A DNA stretch of 64,000 nucleotides from Haliotis rufescens (GCF_023055435.1 NW_025964013.1:3534001-3598000); one strand, 5' to 3'; positions 40,101 to 53,715 are shown, numbered from the stretch's first letter. The notes: a model not told the origin generated them from the sequence alone. Numbers and translations: made by a program.

Positions 40101-43100
40101 ATAAATCTATTATGTTCCGGGTACATATTCGTCTCCGGGTTATCCTCATGAGTAAGTGAGTGAGTACGATTTTACGCCGTTTTTAGCAATATTCCAGCAA
40201 TATCACGGCGGGGGACAGATACCAGAAATGGGCTTCATACATTGTACCCATGGCGGGAATCGAACCCTGGTCTTCGGCGTGACGAGCGAACGCTTCAACC
40301 ACAAGGCTACCCGACCTCCCCTCTACCTCGTGACGAACTGGAAGGTGATTATGTTCAGTCAGACTCTGCGGCCACTTTAACAAACAGCATATGGGCGGGA
40401 CATCCAGTGATATTTTCCCATACTGTGTTAACCTTGTACAATTCAATCTCCTGTGTCAGATGAATAAGTCCAAGCACAGCCCCCAATCAGTGTAACCTTT
40501 GCCCGACCAGACTAAATTAAGAAGCGGAAACGTGACAAGTGCGCATATGCCCATTGACCATTGACGAAGAGCGTAACCACATTTTGACATCACGACATCG
40601 CTCAATAGGAAAGTCGCAATTAACTTGCTCAAATGTAATAATGACAACACTAGTTTCAGCAATGTGATTTTTTCATTTGCTTTCTATCATTTGGATATAT
40701 TTTATACTTGATGTGTACAATTTCCCAGCTCATCTTTACGGTAATGCCATTCCTACACAATATATTAGCAGCCAGAATGTAGAGTGCCCTGGCCCAACAG
40801 TGCGCTGTTCTAACCTTATACTTATGTTTTCGTTGTACGATACAAGGAAGTTCGACATCATCTCCGATAGAAGCCTTTATTGGCTTCTCTGAAGTTTCGA
40901 TGAGTGTGAAATGTTTATCTGCAAGTGGAGATACATAAGTAAAATTGTTTATTTCATGTGTGATATACAACAAAGCGTATTTGTACCAATACAAACAAAT
41001 CCGAAATCATGATAGGTTTGATTTAAAACTAATTTATTTACAGTTATCCATCATAAAGAGGTGACATTCAAAACGAGATAAGTTGATACCACAAGGGAGT
41101 AATAATGCAATAAGTTCTCCTGCAATCTGGTATCAATCTTGTTATTGGACACATCACATTTTCTCACATTTGCCGCCGAAAACATCTTATTTACTTTTCC
41201 GTTCAACATGTATTTAAATCTGTAGCTATGATGTTACACACATCATCACCATACATCTAATATTTAGAAACATGCTTTACGAAACATGTGATATAGATTT
41301 CCGCCGCACAACAGCTGAAAATAGTGTAAGTGTATGGCATCGTGTTCACCTTTTCGTGTCAGCACGAATGTTGTAGAGTTCACCACCGTCCTGTTCAGCA
41401 TCCAAGAACAGGCGTAGAACCCTGCATCCGTCACAGTGGCAGCAGCGATGATGAGGCTTGATATGCCTTGCGTCTTGTCTTCCGCGATCTGGTACTTGTC
41501 GGGATGAGAAACCACCCAACGTCCTACGGCAATGGGTACCTGTAACCCCGTCTTTCTCCAAGTTACCTGATGAAATATCACCAAATTCAAGCTTAGTATG
41601 TTGTGTATAGTTTGTAAATTCTTATTATATTATTCATATTTTAATTTAAACTATTTTAATTTATAGTTTTGTCATAATGTCATAATTATACACAAATAAA
41701 TAATATTAAAACAAACAAATATTGCAATATTGGTCATCCAATCTATTCTGTTTCTTGTTTCTTTGTGGTGTTAGGGTAAAAAATGAAAAATGATTGAACA
41801 GAGATTACATCGTGAGCATTGCTAGAGCAGTTAAAGCCTAAACCTACTGTTACATCGGCACTTGCAGGGAAGCGGCATGTGAGATTCACTCTTCTGTTTG
41901 TCTGGTACAGTACGCGTATGGCGGTTCCCAAGTCGTCTGAAGGTTCACCTGAGTCATAAATGACAAATTGAGAAATCGTTGACATTTGATCGAATCTGAA
42001 TGTCCTACTGGTCTAATACGTTGTGCCGAGTTGCTTTTCTTAGTCGGTACAGAATCCGCTGATCGTAGGTTCAATTCCCAGGCTCTCCGGTACATTTGGT
42101 TGGTCAGCGCCATACCAATGCCACCTGTGTACCAAAGTGGTTAACAGGTAAGGATGTTGGGAGATTCCTACCACATTAAGCTGACACATCCTGTCATCGC
42201 CCGGGAGTCAAACTACTCTAATTGCCCTTAATAGCTGACCATTGGCAAATAATAGCGGTGTGCTGACACTGTTGACTGACATTGACATATGCAAAGTTAT
42301 CACAATACACCCAGAGGATTAAACAAACACACGTATTTGAAAAAAAAAGATTCTCAGCCACCCCTCCCTCCTCGTTATCACATAATCCATGTCATAACAC
42401 GTTAAGCACTCACTGATTAAACCACAACAACCACAAGAAATCTGTTGACCTTGTAGTGACCTTACTCGATCAATCCGTGTTAGATAAACTTATATTATAT
42501 AAGTTGATTTGTATAATTTACATGGGAGAGACACCTGAATGTGGGGGTCACGTAAGGTGAGGTGACATGAGTTTGTACTTCAAGATCATTGCACTTGGCG
42601 TCCTTTGAAATAAGGTTTAATTATCTCACTGAGTGTTAGCTCAATGAAGGGGAACCACCTCATTTGTTGAACCCATATGTACGAACACATACCTTGTCGA
42701 TATAATATAAACCAAATGCAAAATGGCGGCCAATTTGAAATTCAAGACGGCCTCCAAAATGGCGAAGGAAAAGACAATGGATTTTTTTACCTATTGGTAT
42801 AAGGGGTGATTAAATTAGGCTTGAGTAAAAATGCCAGGTAATTTACATTTCGCCTCATAACGGATCCTAAAAAGGGAGAATGTGGGTTTCGAACCCACGA
42901 TCAGCTGCTGATGACATAACTGAGGGATGCCACACATATATACAGATAAGAAGGATGTCAGGCATCTGGATCACCCCTGTAACCTGCTCCACAGTTCGGG
43001 TTAAGAACAGCAGTACTCGAACACATTTTACCCATTAATACTGTGTTTTATAACAAACTTATGTTTTATTATTAATTGAATCATTTACACGGTTTTATGT

Positions 43101-43297
43101 TGACATGTGAAGAATGGGTATCTCTAGTTACACTGGAGGAAAAAGTAAATAATGCATCAATTATCATAATATAAAGCGCTTCCACATGCTCACCAAGTCT
43201 TAGCAACACGTGGTAACTTACCTTTCCCTGACTCAGCAGATTGTGGGAGAACTGTCGCACACACCAGGGACAAGTGCAGATACACCATCAGCATCAT
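34164..43297 (-). CDS. Ig receptor A: signal peptide, two V/I-set Ig domains, stalk, TM, about 167-aa tail; about 446 aa
   Basis: Minus-strand exons: 43297-43222 (MMLMVYLHLSLVCATVLPQSAES), 41948-41848 (VNLTC), 41566-41350 (VTW...DAGFYAC), 40918-40815 (GDDVELPC), 39682-39481 (VLW...WTLKITNVNKNDFGTLTCLVNTNP), 38893-38840, TM 38104-38020 (RLILGTSIGVCGFVLFVGLASGCFLVDR), tail 34665-34164. Total 1341 nt in frame. Confidence 0.85.
35060..38030. repeat. 52-bp minisatellite (about 60 copies; homogeneous 35850-38030, degenerate 35060-35850) in the last intron of Ig receptor A
   Basis: Unit ACCTGTCCAACCGCTACTATGTTTTTAACTACACACTACACAGTACAATATT, with some 45-bp variants. Confidence 0.95.
40150..40322 (-). 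mobile_element. SINE family 1
   Basis: Reverse complement of the consensus. Confidence 0.85.
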
Positions 43298-44479
43298 GGT
43301 ACATGGTACAGATCCACCGAGCTGTCACGTTCGTTCTGTCACAGCCACAGTTCAAACATCGACATAAGTATGTAAACACAATGTACTTAGTCTACTTACT
43401 CTGCGTATCCTGCCAATCACATGACCAGGGCTGACTCACTTTTCACTCTGCGGCCTGTATGCCTCAATAACAAAGATCCTCACATTTCTCAACGGGAGGG
43501 TAACGGATACAGCTAATGCGTATGAACAGTCATTGTCTGCCAGACAGACATTGTCATATGATCTTCACTCTTAGGAAGATGACTTATTACTTCATAGACT
43601 ATACGCGTACGCATAATATCTAATGGCGGAACTTAATTAAGGACGAGAACAATATGTGTCATAATGTTTTGTTTGTTTGTTTGGCTTTTTTTGTACTCAG
43701 CAATATCATATTCCCCATAACCAGCTATATGACGACGATCAAGGGATTGATATCATGAGCATCGGTCCACACAATTGGGATATATCACATGCATGAACCA
43801 AGTCAGCGAGCCTGATCACCCGCCTGTCACGGAATGGATTAGTTGCTGAAGACCTATTCTAAGCTGACTAATTACTCAAAATACAAAAACATAAAACCCT
43901 TAACTAAAAGCGATAACTACATGTATATATGTCATAATGTGAGAGATCCAGTTATAAATGTTTTTGAAAACACCAAGGGCATAGACAAGTCTCTTGTTTC
44001 CCGTTAAACCTGTGAGATTTCTTAATCTTGATTTCTATGAAAAGTGTACGACTAAGTTAAATCAAATCTGACTCCCGCTATAAATACATGCATGTGTCTA
44101 TTGCTACAGAGTAGCACTAACGTGATCGTATTGGATGTTACATTTAGATACTTTTAGGTACTTGATCAAGACAGGATAATCACACATTCGAGTGTTGCGT
44201 TGCTCGCTAGTTGACCGTCTGACATCCATGTATCCTGTCGGATATGGTCCGGCTCGTTCATGTGTGTCTGTTCAACACAAGGAAGTATCCACAGATAAAC
44301 GCATATCATATATCTATAAAACAAGAACCACAAGCTAGACTATTTATCACAAAATAGCTTCATAAATACCATGCCAAACAATTGAAGGAGGACAGTTTGG
44401 GGTATGAATGAGTAGGAGGTTTCCGCGTACATGGCTGTACTCAACTGACGCCAATGCATCCCCAAGCATATTTTTTTTA

Positions 44480-44705
44480 GTTCCAGGTTAGATCTTCACC
44501 AACCCGTGCTTGTCGCAAGAGACAACTAGCTGGTACAGGTGGTCAGACTCGCTGACATGGTTGAGACATGTCATCGTATTCCAAACTGAGTATCGATACT
44601 CATGATATCAATCACTGGGTTGTCGATCCCTGCTCGATTATTTACAGACCGGCGTCATATAACTAGAATATTGCTGAGTGCGGCGTTAAACACCAAAACA
44701 AGCAA
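44480..44705 (+). mobile_element. SINE family 3, diverged
   Basis: Core and tail match. A further degenerate minus-strand copy lies at about 43670-43860. Confidence 0.75.
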
Positions 44706-44760
44706 AATAATGGAGGAGGTGGTGACACTGTGATAATTAAAAGATTTTTCAAAACATTAA

Positions 44761-45000
44761 GGGGGCACGGGTGGCCCAGTCGTCTGAGGCGCCGCGACTC
44801 GCTGTGCAGTGTTGCGTCCCTTGGGCACGCCAGAAACCTATGATTGTGGGTTCGAGTCCCGGCTCGCCCCGATTATGTTTCTAGTTTTGTCAGCACAATA
44901 CCCGTGCTCGTGGGTTTCACCGAAGTGGTAAACGTCTGAGGCCTGCATTACTTCGGGCTTTCCTCCCACATTAAGCTGACACGCTGTGATATTATTCGAG
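44761..45000 (+). mobile_element. SINE family 2, in the intergenic region of the Ig pair
   Basis: GGGGGCACGGGTGGCCCAGTCGTCTGAGGCG head and B box GGTTCGAGTCC. Confidence 0.85.
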
Positions 45001-45136
45001 ATATTTCCATCGTGGTATAATACACTGTTATTATTCAGGGCAAGTTGTACCCGACAGTAGAGCTTTGCATAAAACAAGACGGAAGAAGATGAAGCGAGCG
45101 TTTCGCTTTCCTTTTAGTTTTCGACGGTAACTTGTC

Positions 45137-46836
45137 ATGTCGGGCGGCTATCTTCTTGTAGTTATCTGTTTATCAACCATCCAATCCACGTATCAGGAAC
45201 TAGCTATAGGTAAGTCTTTGATTATTGCTACGTAGACATATGGACGTTTATGTTACGTGAGATGTTGGAATTGTGGGTTTTCTAATAAGTTTTTTTGCAG
45301 TTTTCGTTTCCCAGTATTATGAGAAGATGAACACGCACTGTTTTGATTGAGGCCAGCTTATAAAATATGAAACCATACATCACACGAAACCCAGCGAAAT
45401 GCCCTGAAATTGTACCACATGTATAGAAATGATAAAATGCAAGCCTCATATTAAACGGGAAGTTTAACATGACGTTACATAAAAGAAAAGAGAGGTAATA
45501 ATGTTTTGACAAAAATGTTTGTGGTTTGTTCTAACTAACCGATATCTACTGTGGAAACCCTATTGTGAAAACCAGTTTGGGATGGTAAATAATATGTCAC
45601 AATAAACACGTTGCAGAATCAACAACTCAAATCACATACGACAAAGGAGAAGACGTCACCTTGACCTGCAACGTCACCTGGTGCAAGAAGGTATGTATTG
45701 CTAGCCGAAGATATTTTACCAACAATTTTCTTCATACAAGTAGCACATTTTACTAATTTTCAAACTGTGACCTGTTTAACTATTAACAGTCATCTGTGTC
45801 GATATTTGTTATTACGTACTGACGGAACTTGCAGTTAACATTTATATGATTGAGATTTATGAACGTCCTGCGAGGAGTACATGTGACAGATAACGACCAG
45901 TTGTATTGCGCGAAAAACTTTATTAAAAAACAGATGACAGAGCGCATGTATGATCAAACTCATCTATAGTAACATCCTGAATATGTTTTTAGTTACGTTG
46001 CAAAAAATATTTAAATAATATCATTGTTAAATTAGCATTTTTTGTCAACATCTTCCTGACACAGTATGTCACTGTGCAGGTCCGTCATGACCACAGCATT
46101 TAAAATTGACGACACGGTTAACAATAAAAGGAAGCTATTCAATGTGTTGCATTGAACATGTGGTGTTTAAAAGTTAGATATAATTGCTTAAGGGGTCATT
46201 TAAAATTAAAATTAAAGATATGTTGAATAGCCGCTGAAATAAAGGTCATTTAATGTAGAATACAAATTGGACGTTTTAGTAATGAATAACTGGAGACTCC
46301 AAAGGCCGCAGTGTACGGACCCTGTATGTTATTGTACATAAGAAGCAGTTGTGAATGTATTCATGCAAGGGAGTTCCCATGGGTTTCTCGGGAGTGTGAT
46401 TGTAGAAGAAAGTCTTGTCAAAACCTAAGAACGGCATAATGTGTTGTTCAAGTTGTTGTTCATGCGCTTACCGAGTTCATCTCCGAGGTCATCTTCGAGG
46501 TCATGTGTTCAGTCTCTCGTCAACGGGTATCGTGTAAATAGTAGTAATTATACTTAACGTCATTTCAAGACAATAACCAGTCTTGTTTATTCACGAAAAC
46601 ATTCCATTTTGCCGGAAAGGGAAAATATAGCTGTGAAAGTGATAAGAATGGACCACTGAAAATCAGTGATGACACCAGGTGTTCGCGAAAAGGGTAGGTA
46701 TTCCTGCCCTACCGTTGACAACGGCCATTCACACAATCTTCATGAAAAGAAATTATGTATGAGAAGAGAAACTTGAGCACACTTTGGTGATATGAAAAGT
46801 TTATGATGAAAATTGTATTTCGAAAGTTAAGCAAAT

Positions 46837-46870
<34 letters not shown>

Positions 46871-49800
46871 ATATATATATACGTTTGAACACCATGTTTC
46901 CATACGTCATTGTAGCAACTGCACATGAGCGACAGACCAGAGACGATGTCTATTGATGAAGTTTATGCACACCTGAATCTAACCTTTTGCACTTGGGTTT
47001 ATGTACTCTTATGCATATCTTGTTTGCCTTTTGATTGATTTTGATTTGGAAACATTAATGTTAACTTTATATCTTTCTTAACAATGAAGATAGTGTGGAA
47101 AAGATGGTACAACCCTGTCCCAATATCTATCGGCAAGAGGATATTTGTGAATCCTGAGAAATATGCTTTACAAGGGAACCAGACTGACTTTCAACTGACA
47201 ATCAAATCTCCGCGTCGTTCGGATGCAGGGGTCTATGCCTGCATATACAAGAGCGCCGGTAGAAAGATCGTACAGCGGTTTGAATTAACGCAAAGAGGTG
47301 ACTACAATTTCTTGTTGATTTTTTTTTGTCTAAGATGTCATCGCATCCCAATTGCGTGGATCGATGGTCATGATGTCAAAGACTGGACTGTCTTATCCAG
47401 ACGCGATCATTTACAGACCGACGTCACGTGGCTTGAATATTGCTGAGTGTGGCGTTATACTACAATCAACTATCCATCTATTCGTTAGAACGAATCGTTA
47501 AATCAAGTGGTATTGGTTTGCTAGGTTGGAGAAAACCACAAGCAGGTTATCGTGGTGAGAGGCTAAGGATCATTACTAGTCTCTTTCGACCAACAATGTG
47601 GGGCTGGGAACTATTCTGTCACGGTGGCATACGGGGCACATGTGCCGTTACCGTGATGAAACAAAGCCATACTCCAAAAAGAGTGTCAGACAACACCCTG
47701 AGGTTTACATATGTGTGTTGTTATCCTTAGAAAACCCGTCTGTGTATTACATATATATCATGAATAGGTTGACCTCTTCACAGTTCACATATACTATGCT
47801 CGTTACAGGTGAAGCTTCAGTCAGTGAAAGCATATCAGGTAGCACTTCTGTTCGAGTTGCCTGTGGTGGAACAGCCAAACTACATTGTGTCGTCAAGGCT
47901 CGCAAGCCATCCAAGGTAATTAATTACCTATGGACAAATACTTAGACGTGACTAGACGTGTCATTCCAACGGCGCTAGGGTAGCCTTGTGGTTCAAGCGT
48001 TCGCTCGTCACGCCGAAATCCCGGGTTCGATTCCACATGGGTGCAATGTGTGAAGCCCATTTCTGGTGAGCCCGCCGTGATATTGCTGGAAATATTGCTA
48101 AAAGCGGCGTAAACGTAAAACCATACTCACTCACTCGTGTTATTCCTACAATCACTATCTGGAACGTGTGTGACGTAACGATATGTGTTGCAGGCGATAT
48201 GGATGGATAAGAGGGGACGATATGTATCTGTTGGCAAGACAAGCCTCAGAAATAGATACAAGAGCTCTTATGACAACGGATCCTGGCAGTTAAAGATTAG
48301 GAACGTAACCGATAACGACTATGGACATTTTACGTGCATGGTGAAGGGTGACACGGTGATGGCCGTGGATGTGTTCCTGAACAGAAAAGGTAGGTCGATT
48401 CACAAGGCAGTTGCGCAAAAGCTTTACGCGTTGTAAATGAAAACAAAGTGCCACAGAAAAATGTGTACGGGTTATTGTCTTAGATAAGTATAACGTTGTA
48501 CCTTCACCAACAAATACTGATGAGATACCATCCATGTCACTGGGTGCTAATAACAAATACAGCATGAAAAGTCAATTATTTGTCAGTTCGCTTCATTTCT
48601 TATTTCCAGGAAACACGTCTTTGTGTTCGTCAGTCCTCGGGGATTACACAGAAAACACGACTTCGCCAACCAATTCAACGCAGAAAAGCGATGGAGGTAA
48701 CTTTTTAAATTTTTTTCATTTTATTTTCATTGCCCATAAGCGTATAGTTGTGTGGTAATTGATATATTCACACAAGTAGCATTTTTTACTAATTCTCATG
48801 ATATACACTGTATATATTCCTTTTACCAGACAATTATACGCCTAATTTAATTATTTACTTGTTTTATTGTTATAGTTACTACACTCTCAACAAAACCAAG
48901 ACCCTCTGACCCACAGACAACAGGTGAGAAATTAGATATAGCTAGTCATACGAGTTATGGGTTTACATAAGTCTTTAGCGTAGAGTTTTTTGGGATAATG
49001 TTTGTTTGTTTGTTGTTTACTCCGCACCCGGCAATATGCCAGCTATGCGTTGGCCGCCATTACATAATCTAGCCTGGACCAGCTAATCAAGGTATTGATA
49101 TTATGAGCAACGATCCACCCCATTGACGTAGGACCCGATCCGTGAAGGTCCGGGGTAGGTCTTCAGCAACGCATGCTTGCCGTAAAAGCCGCCTATGCTT
49201 GTCGTAAGAGGCGACTAACGAGATCGGGTGATCAGGCTAGCTGACTTGGTTGATGCATGTCATCGTATCCCAATTGCGTGGATCGATGCTCATGATGTCA
49301 ATCACTGGATTGTCTGGTCAAGACTCGATCATTTACAGACCGACGTCATGTAACTGGAATATTGCTGAGTGCGGCGTTAAACAACAAACAAACAAACGTG
49401 GGACCCGATCCATTAACTCTCCTCCTACGACAAGAGTAGTTGTGTACAGGGATCTGGTTGCTGGAAGTGACGCCAGTCACGTGACCTGTGTATCCAAGAT
49501 GGCGACACTTCCGGTTCCGGGAGGCGTACGCCTCCAAGATGGCGATACTTCCGGTTCCCGGAGGGCGTGCGCCTCCAAGATGGTGGCTCGGCGCATCCAA
49601 GATGGCGGCGGCGGGAAGGCGGGAAGGCGGGGAAGGCGGGGAAGGCGGGTGGGATGTCACCATCGGAGGAGTGGGTCGAATGGATGACTAGTGCACCATC
49701 AGAGTGGATAGAATTATTGACTCGTGCTGACAACGAGTTCAAGCCAAAGCCAGAACACCACAAGACGCCATGTGACAACTGTAGCTACTTTGGTCGTTGG

Positions 49801-51636
49801 CCACCATGCAGCCAACAGCAAAAGAAGCTAGGATGACGTTTGCGGTTCCTGTTTCCCGTTTTCCGGTTCCCGTTCCCGTCTTTCATCATCTTCCTCCAAA
49901 CGGTCCTTTTCAGGGCCACCTAGCTCTCCCGAAAGAACGCTTTCATCCTTGCTTTGACTACCTCCACCTCCACCACCAAACCAAAACAAAGAACCCTCCT
50001 CCTCCCTCCTTCCTCCTTCCCGCCTTCCTCCTTCCCGCCTTCCCCGCCTTCCTCCTTCCCGCCTTCCCCACCTTCCCGCCTTCCCGCCTTCCCACCGCCG
50101 CCATCTTGGATGCGCCGAGCCGCCATCTTGAATGCGCACTCTCTCCCGGAACCGGAAGTGTCGCCATCTTGGAGGCCTACGCCTCCCGGAACCGAAAGTG
50201 CCGCCATCTTGGAGACGCATGTCTTCCGGAACCGGAAGTGCCACCATCTTGGAGGCGCACCCGCCCTCCCCGGAACCGGAAGTGCCGCCATCTTGGATGC
50301 ACAGGTCACGTGACTATGACGTCACTTCCGGCAACCAGATCCCTGTACACAACTACTGACAAGCATAGGTTACAAAGTCTAACTGCACATTAGCCTGACA
50401 TAATGACAATTGAACTGAAGAAAAACAGACCTGTAAAGACTATTTGCTGTATATGTAATAGATTAACGTGTCGGAAGCTAAAATGCCTCCATCTTCAGTG
50501 ACTTATAACAAGTGATGTACACATTATTAAATAGAGTTGGTAGAACAACGTTAATTATGATTATTTGTAACAAATTTGGTATACACAGGTGGTTTTATTT
50601 TTGATTTGAAAGAGTAGTACGAAACGTGATACTAGTCATTGAACAGTTGGAACTATACTATTAGTTAAAGAACGTATTTTCTACCAGACAAGGACATGAG
50701 GTCAACAATGAAGCACAGGTAGAACAAATTAAAGTACATGTTTTACCTGTTATATTTTATTTCCCACATGAAGGTCTTGTCATTCTTGGAGTTGGAATAT
50801 GCGGAGTTCTGTCAGGAGTGATATGTGTCGTCGCAATCTGTACTGTCAGAAGGTGCGGTTGGTGTTTGCATGCACTCTCTATAACAGTCAATAAAATAAG
50901 TCGTTAGATTTATTTGCACACATTCATAAATGTGCGGTCGTCACAAACGTTTTTATCCACAAATGATTCATTATCAGTTGGGCTACTAGTCTTTCTGTTC
51001 GTGGAAGTTTTGAATGAGTGAGTAAGTATGGTTTTACGACGCTTTTAGCAATATTTCAGTAACATCATGGCGGGGGACACCAGAAAGATTTGAAAAAATG
51101 CTCACAACAAAACACGGGAGAGTTAAATGTTGGGGACACATGTATTACCTTTAAGAAATGCAGTAAGATCGTTAATTCGCCATGCAGTATTGGTCGACTG
51201 TATGTCTTCTTTCGTGACTATAAATGGATTTTTCATGTCAATGAGAAACACGGTAAATGAAAAATGCTTCATGTCGCATTGTTTCTGTAAAAGAATCACG
51301 CATCTGACCAGCACTGCCCTGAGACGGGTGGCCTACAAGGAGCCGAGAACAGAGGAAACATCACTGTCAAGATGGAACTTCAGCATGTCTACTCAGTATG
51401 AGTCAAGAAGCAGCGTGGCGCCACCTCTCGCCAACATTAGGAACTATCGCCGTAGCAGCAGCATGGGTGCTACAACCGGCGTCCACGCAGCTAGCAGCAT
51501 GCACTCCTCCTACCCCTCGTCTGCCCCTCACTCCCTGCTGATCCCTGGGGGCTGTGTGTGCGAACACGCGCCTGACGTCTCTCCAGAACACTCCGTTGTT
51601 GAGGAAGAAGAAACAACGGATGCAGTTGCCGTGTAA
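45137..51636 (+). CDS. Ig receptor B: signal peptide, two V/I-set Ig domains, S/T stalk, TM, tail; about 404 aa; divergent paralog of receptor A
   Basis: Exons 45137-45209 (MSGGYLLVVICLSTIQSTYQ), 45617-45690 (GEDVTLTC), 47090-47297 (IVW...LTIKSPRRSDAGVYAC), 47809-47915 (GTAKLHC), 48194-48389 (AIW...WQLKIRNVTDNDYGHFTC), 48610-48696, 48876-48923, TM 50774-50852, tail 51294-51636. Total 1215 nt in frame. Confidence 0.85.
46837..46881. repeat. (AT)n microsatellite
   Basis: Read directly from the sequence. Confidence 0.95.
47970..48136 (+). mobile_element. SINE family 1
   Basis: Consensus match in the intron that splits Ig domain 2 of receptor B. Confidence 0.85.
49141..49396 (+). mobile_element. 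SINE family 3
   Basis: Near-consensus copy with TSD-like ACGT(A/G)GGACCCGATCC on both sides. Confidence 0.88.
49435..50357. mobile_element. Non-autonomous Polinton/Maverick-like foldback element
   Basis: Termini AGTAGT...ACTACT, inverted repeats of 200 bp or more, and 6-bp TSD GACAAG (49429-49434 and 50358-50363). GC-rich, with repeated CAAGATGGCG and CCGGAAGT motifs. Confidence 0.8.
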
Positions 51637-51975
51637 ATAATTCCTGTTTATACACGGCCAAACTTTTAATCTTTCACTTTTTACTGCTCAATTAATCCTT
51701 CAATCATATTGGTCATGAAGGATGGCTCAGGCTGGTTTTGGTTCAATGCCTTCATGTGTATGTCGGTTTGACGCAGTGGTCTGCTGTGGGTGAAATGTGT
51801 TTTAGTATGCGTTCAAAATTATTACACTTACATATAAGTATATTTGTATATATGTGTGTGTGTGTGCTGCTCAACGCATTGTTAACATGGATATCCCCTC
51901 AGACGCAGTATACTGACTCCTAGACGACCAGTCCTTGTTTTATCCCCTTATTGCCGAGCACAAGGCAGTACAATT

Positions 51976-52150
51976 ACAGTATACTGCGTTTATAACGAAC
52001 ACCCCTATAACGAACTGATGGATATGACGAACTTATTTTTGCCCGGCCATTTTCTGTATATATGCTGTACATATGCTTATAACGAACTCCGGTTATAACG
52101 AACTAAAATTAGTGGCCCCTTTGAGTTCGTTATAACCGTAGATTACTGTA
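51976..52150. mobile_element. pogo/Tigger-like MITE inserted in a SINE
   Basis: TA-CAGT...ACTG-TA termini and internal TTATAACGAAC repeats. Confidence 0.75.
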
Positions 52151-52464
52151 GTTCCATCTTTTTGAATGACACGGTCGGGAATAGATCCACCGACCGTCCA
52201 CTCTCCGGGCAGACGCTCTATCCTCTTGACCACGAAGGCGATGTTTGGCCACGTAGCGGTACGTGTATTATTTGGATACCTTGAGACAGGGAATACCCTC
52301 TGAAGGCAAGCAGGTAACACAACAAGTCTGATCTTGACCCGCACTTGTCAAATGTCTGATTATACTGGAGGTGCAGATTGTTGTGATTTGATTTTAGCTT
52401 TCGTTAAAAATGGCTCAAACGTTGTCAAGTGTTCAACTGGTCACGCTTCTCTAGCAGAATAGTA

Positions 52465-52627
52465 GTGAGTGAGTGAGTGAGTATGGTTTTACGCCGCTTT
52501 TAGCAACATTCCAGCAATATCACGGCGGGGGACACTAGAAATGGGCTTCACACATTGCACCCGTGTGGATTTGAACCCGGGCGTGACGAGCGAACGCTTT
52601 AACCACAAGGCTACCCCACCGCCCCCT
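52465..52627 (-). mobile_element. SINE family 1
   Basis: Reverse complement with an internal deletion. Confidence 0.8.
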
Positions 52628-53454
52628 CTCCGAATAGTAAAAGTGCATGGTTCAATGTGAGCCCTATGTTTTTGTGTAAGGTTTATTTTCATCAAAAATA
52701 ACTTCAAGGTATACGGAAACACATACCGCATAAGACTTTAAAAAAACAGTGTTCCTGTCTCAGGGTGCTTGTAGTCCTGGAATTATAAGTATTTATTATA
52801 GAGGCATCTGGTTTGCCAAGACACGTTTAGCCGTGCACGTCAGCAATATTTCCGTATCCACATTATACGAGCTGTATTTGCTGCGGAAACAGAAAGTGAA
52901 AGCAAGACTGCCTGCCACATCCATGTACACATGCCTCAATGCTCGTATTCATGTTTTTTTCCTAATTATAGAATTAAAGAGGCGCCATAGAATCGGACCT
53001 GCTTTGTTTTTATTCGTGAATTCTAAAACTCCAATTACAAGAAAATATTTCCTGGTTTAAAATTATAGGTACGATAACCTGTCACCTATTTTAGTACAAA
53101 TGTGGCATTGCTATGTAGCGGAAACAGAAATATTTCGGCATTCATGTCGTGAGTGTCAAGATTTAAAGCAGGAAATATTGGACGAGATGGATCAAAGAAC
53201 TACAGACAGCCTCAAATATGTTCGTTTGGCTACAATAAAAGCTTTGGAAACCAACATTTATTACGTCCGTAAAAATAATGGTCATAATCAGGAAAAAGGT
53301 CATGCGTTTGTTTGCAAATATTTCAGCAAACTCTCAAAACGTGTCAGATAAAATACATCCCTAAAAACAACCTGCTCCCTTTGAAATATAAAGGATCATC
53401 AGACGACTTGTACTAGTTGTACTTTCATTTTCCTCCTGTTTCTATCGGGAGTCA

Positions 53455-53715
53455 AGCATGGGTTGCTTAGTCGTCTAAGGCGCCGCAATTCGCTGTGCAG
53501 AGTAGCATGCCCTTACACGCCAGGAACCTATGAGTGTGGGTTCGAATCCAGGTTTACCCCGATTATGTTTCCAGGTGTGTCTGCACCATACCCTTGCGGG
53601 TTTCATCATACTGGTAACCGTCTGAGACCTGCATCACCGCGGGCTTTGGTCCCACGTTAAGCTAACATGCCGTGATATAACTTGAATAGTGTTAAAAGTA
53701 GCGTTAACCCTACTC
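53455..53715 (+). mobile_element. SINE family 2, diverged
   Basis: Similarity to the 57180 copy. Confidence 0.75.

Noticed and set aside
39130-40126. Cys-containing minus-strand ORFs (RCPGCH, CCVCNEH) in introns of Ig receptor A
   Set aside because: No recognisable domain and not needed for the frame. They may be decayed TE fragments, but I cannot support a call.
49250-50393. Multiple overlapping GC-rich ORFs
   Set aside because: By-product of the GC-rich inverted repeats of the Polinton-like element.
50688-50718. Possible extra stalk micro-exon of Ig receptor B
   Set aside because: At 31 nt it would shift the TM exon out of frame.
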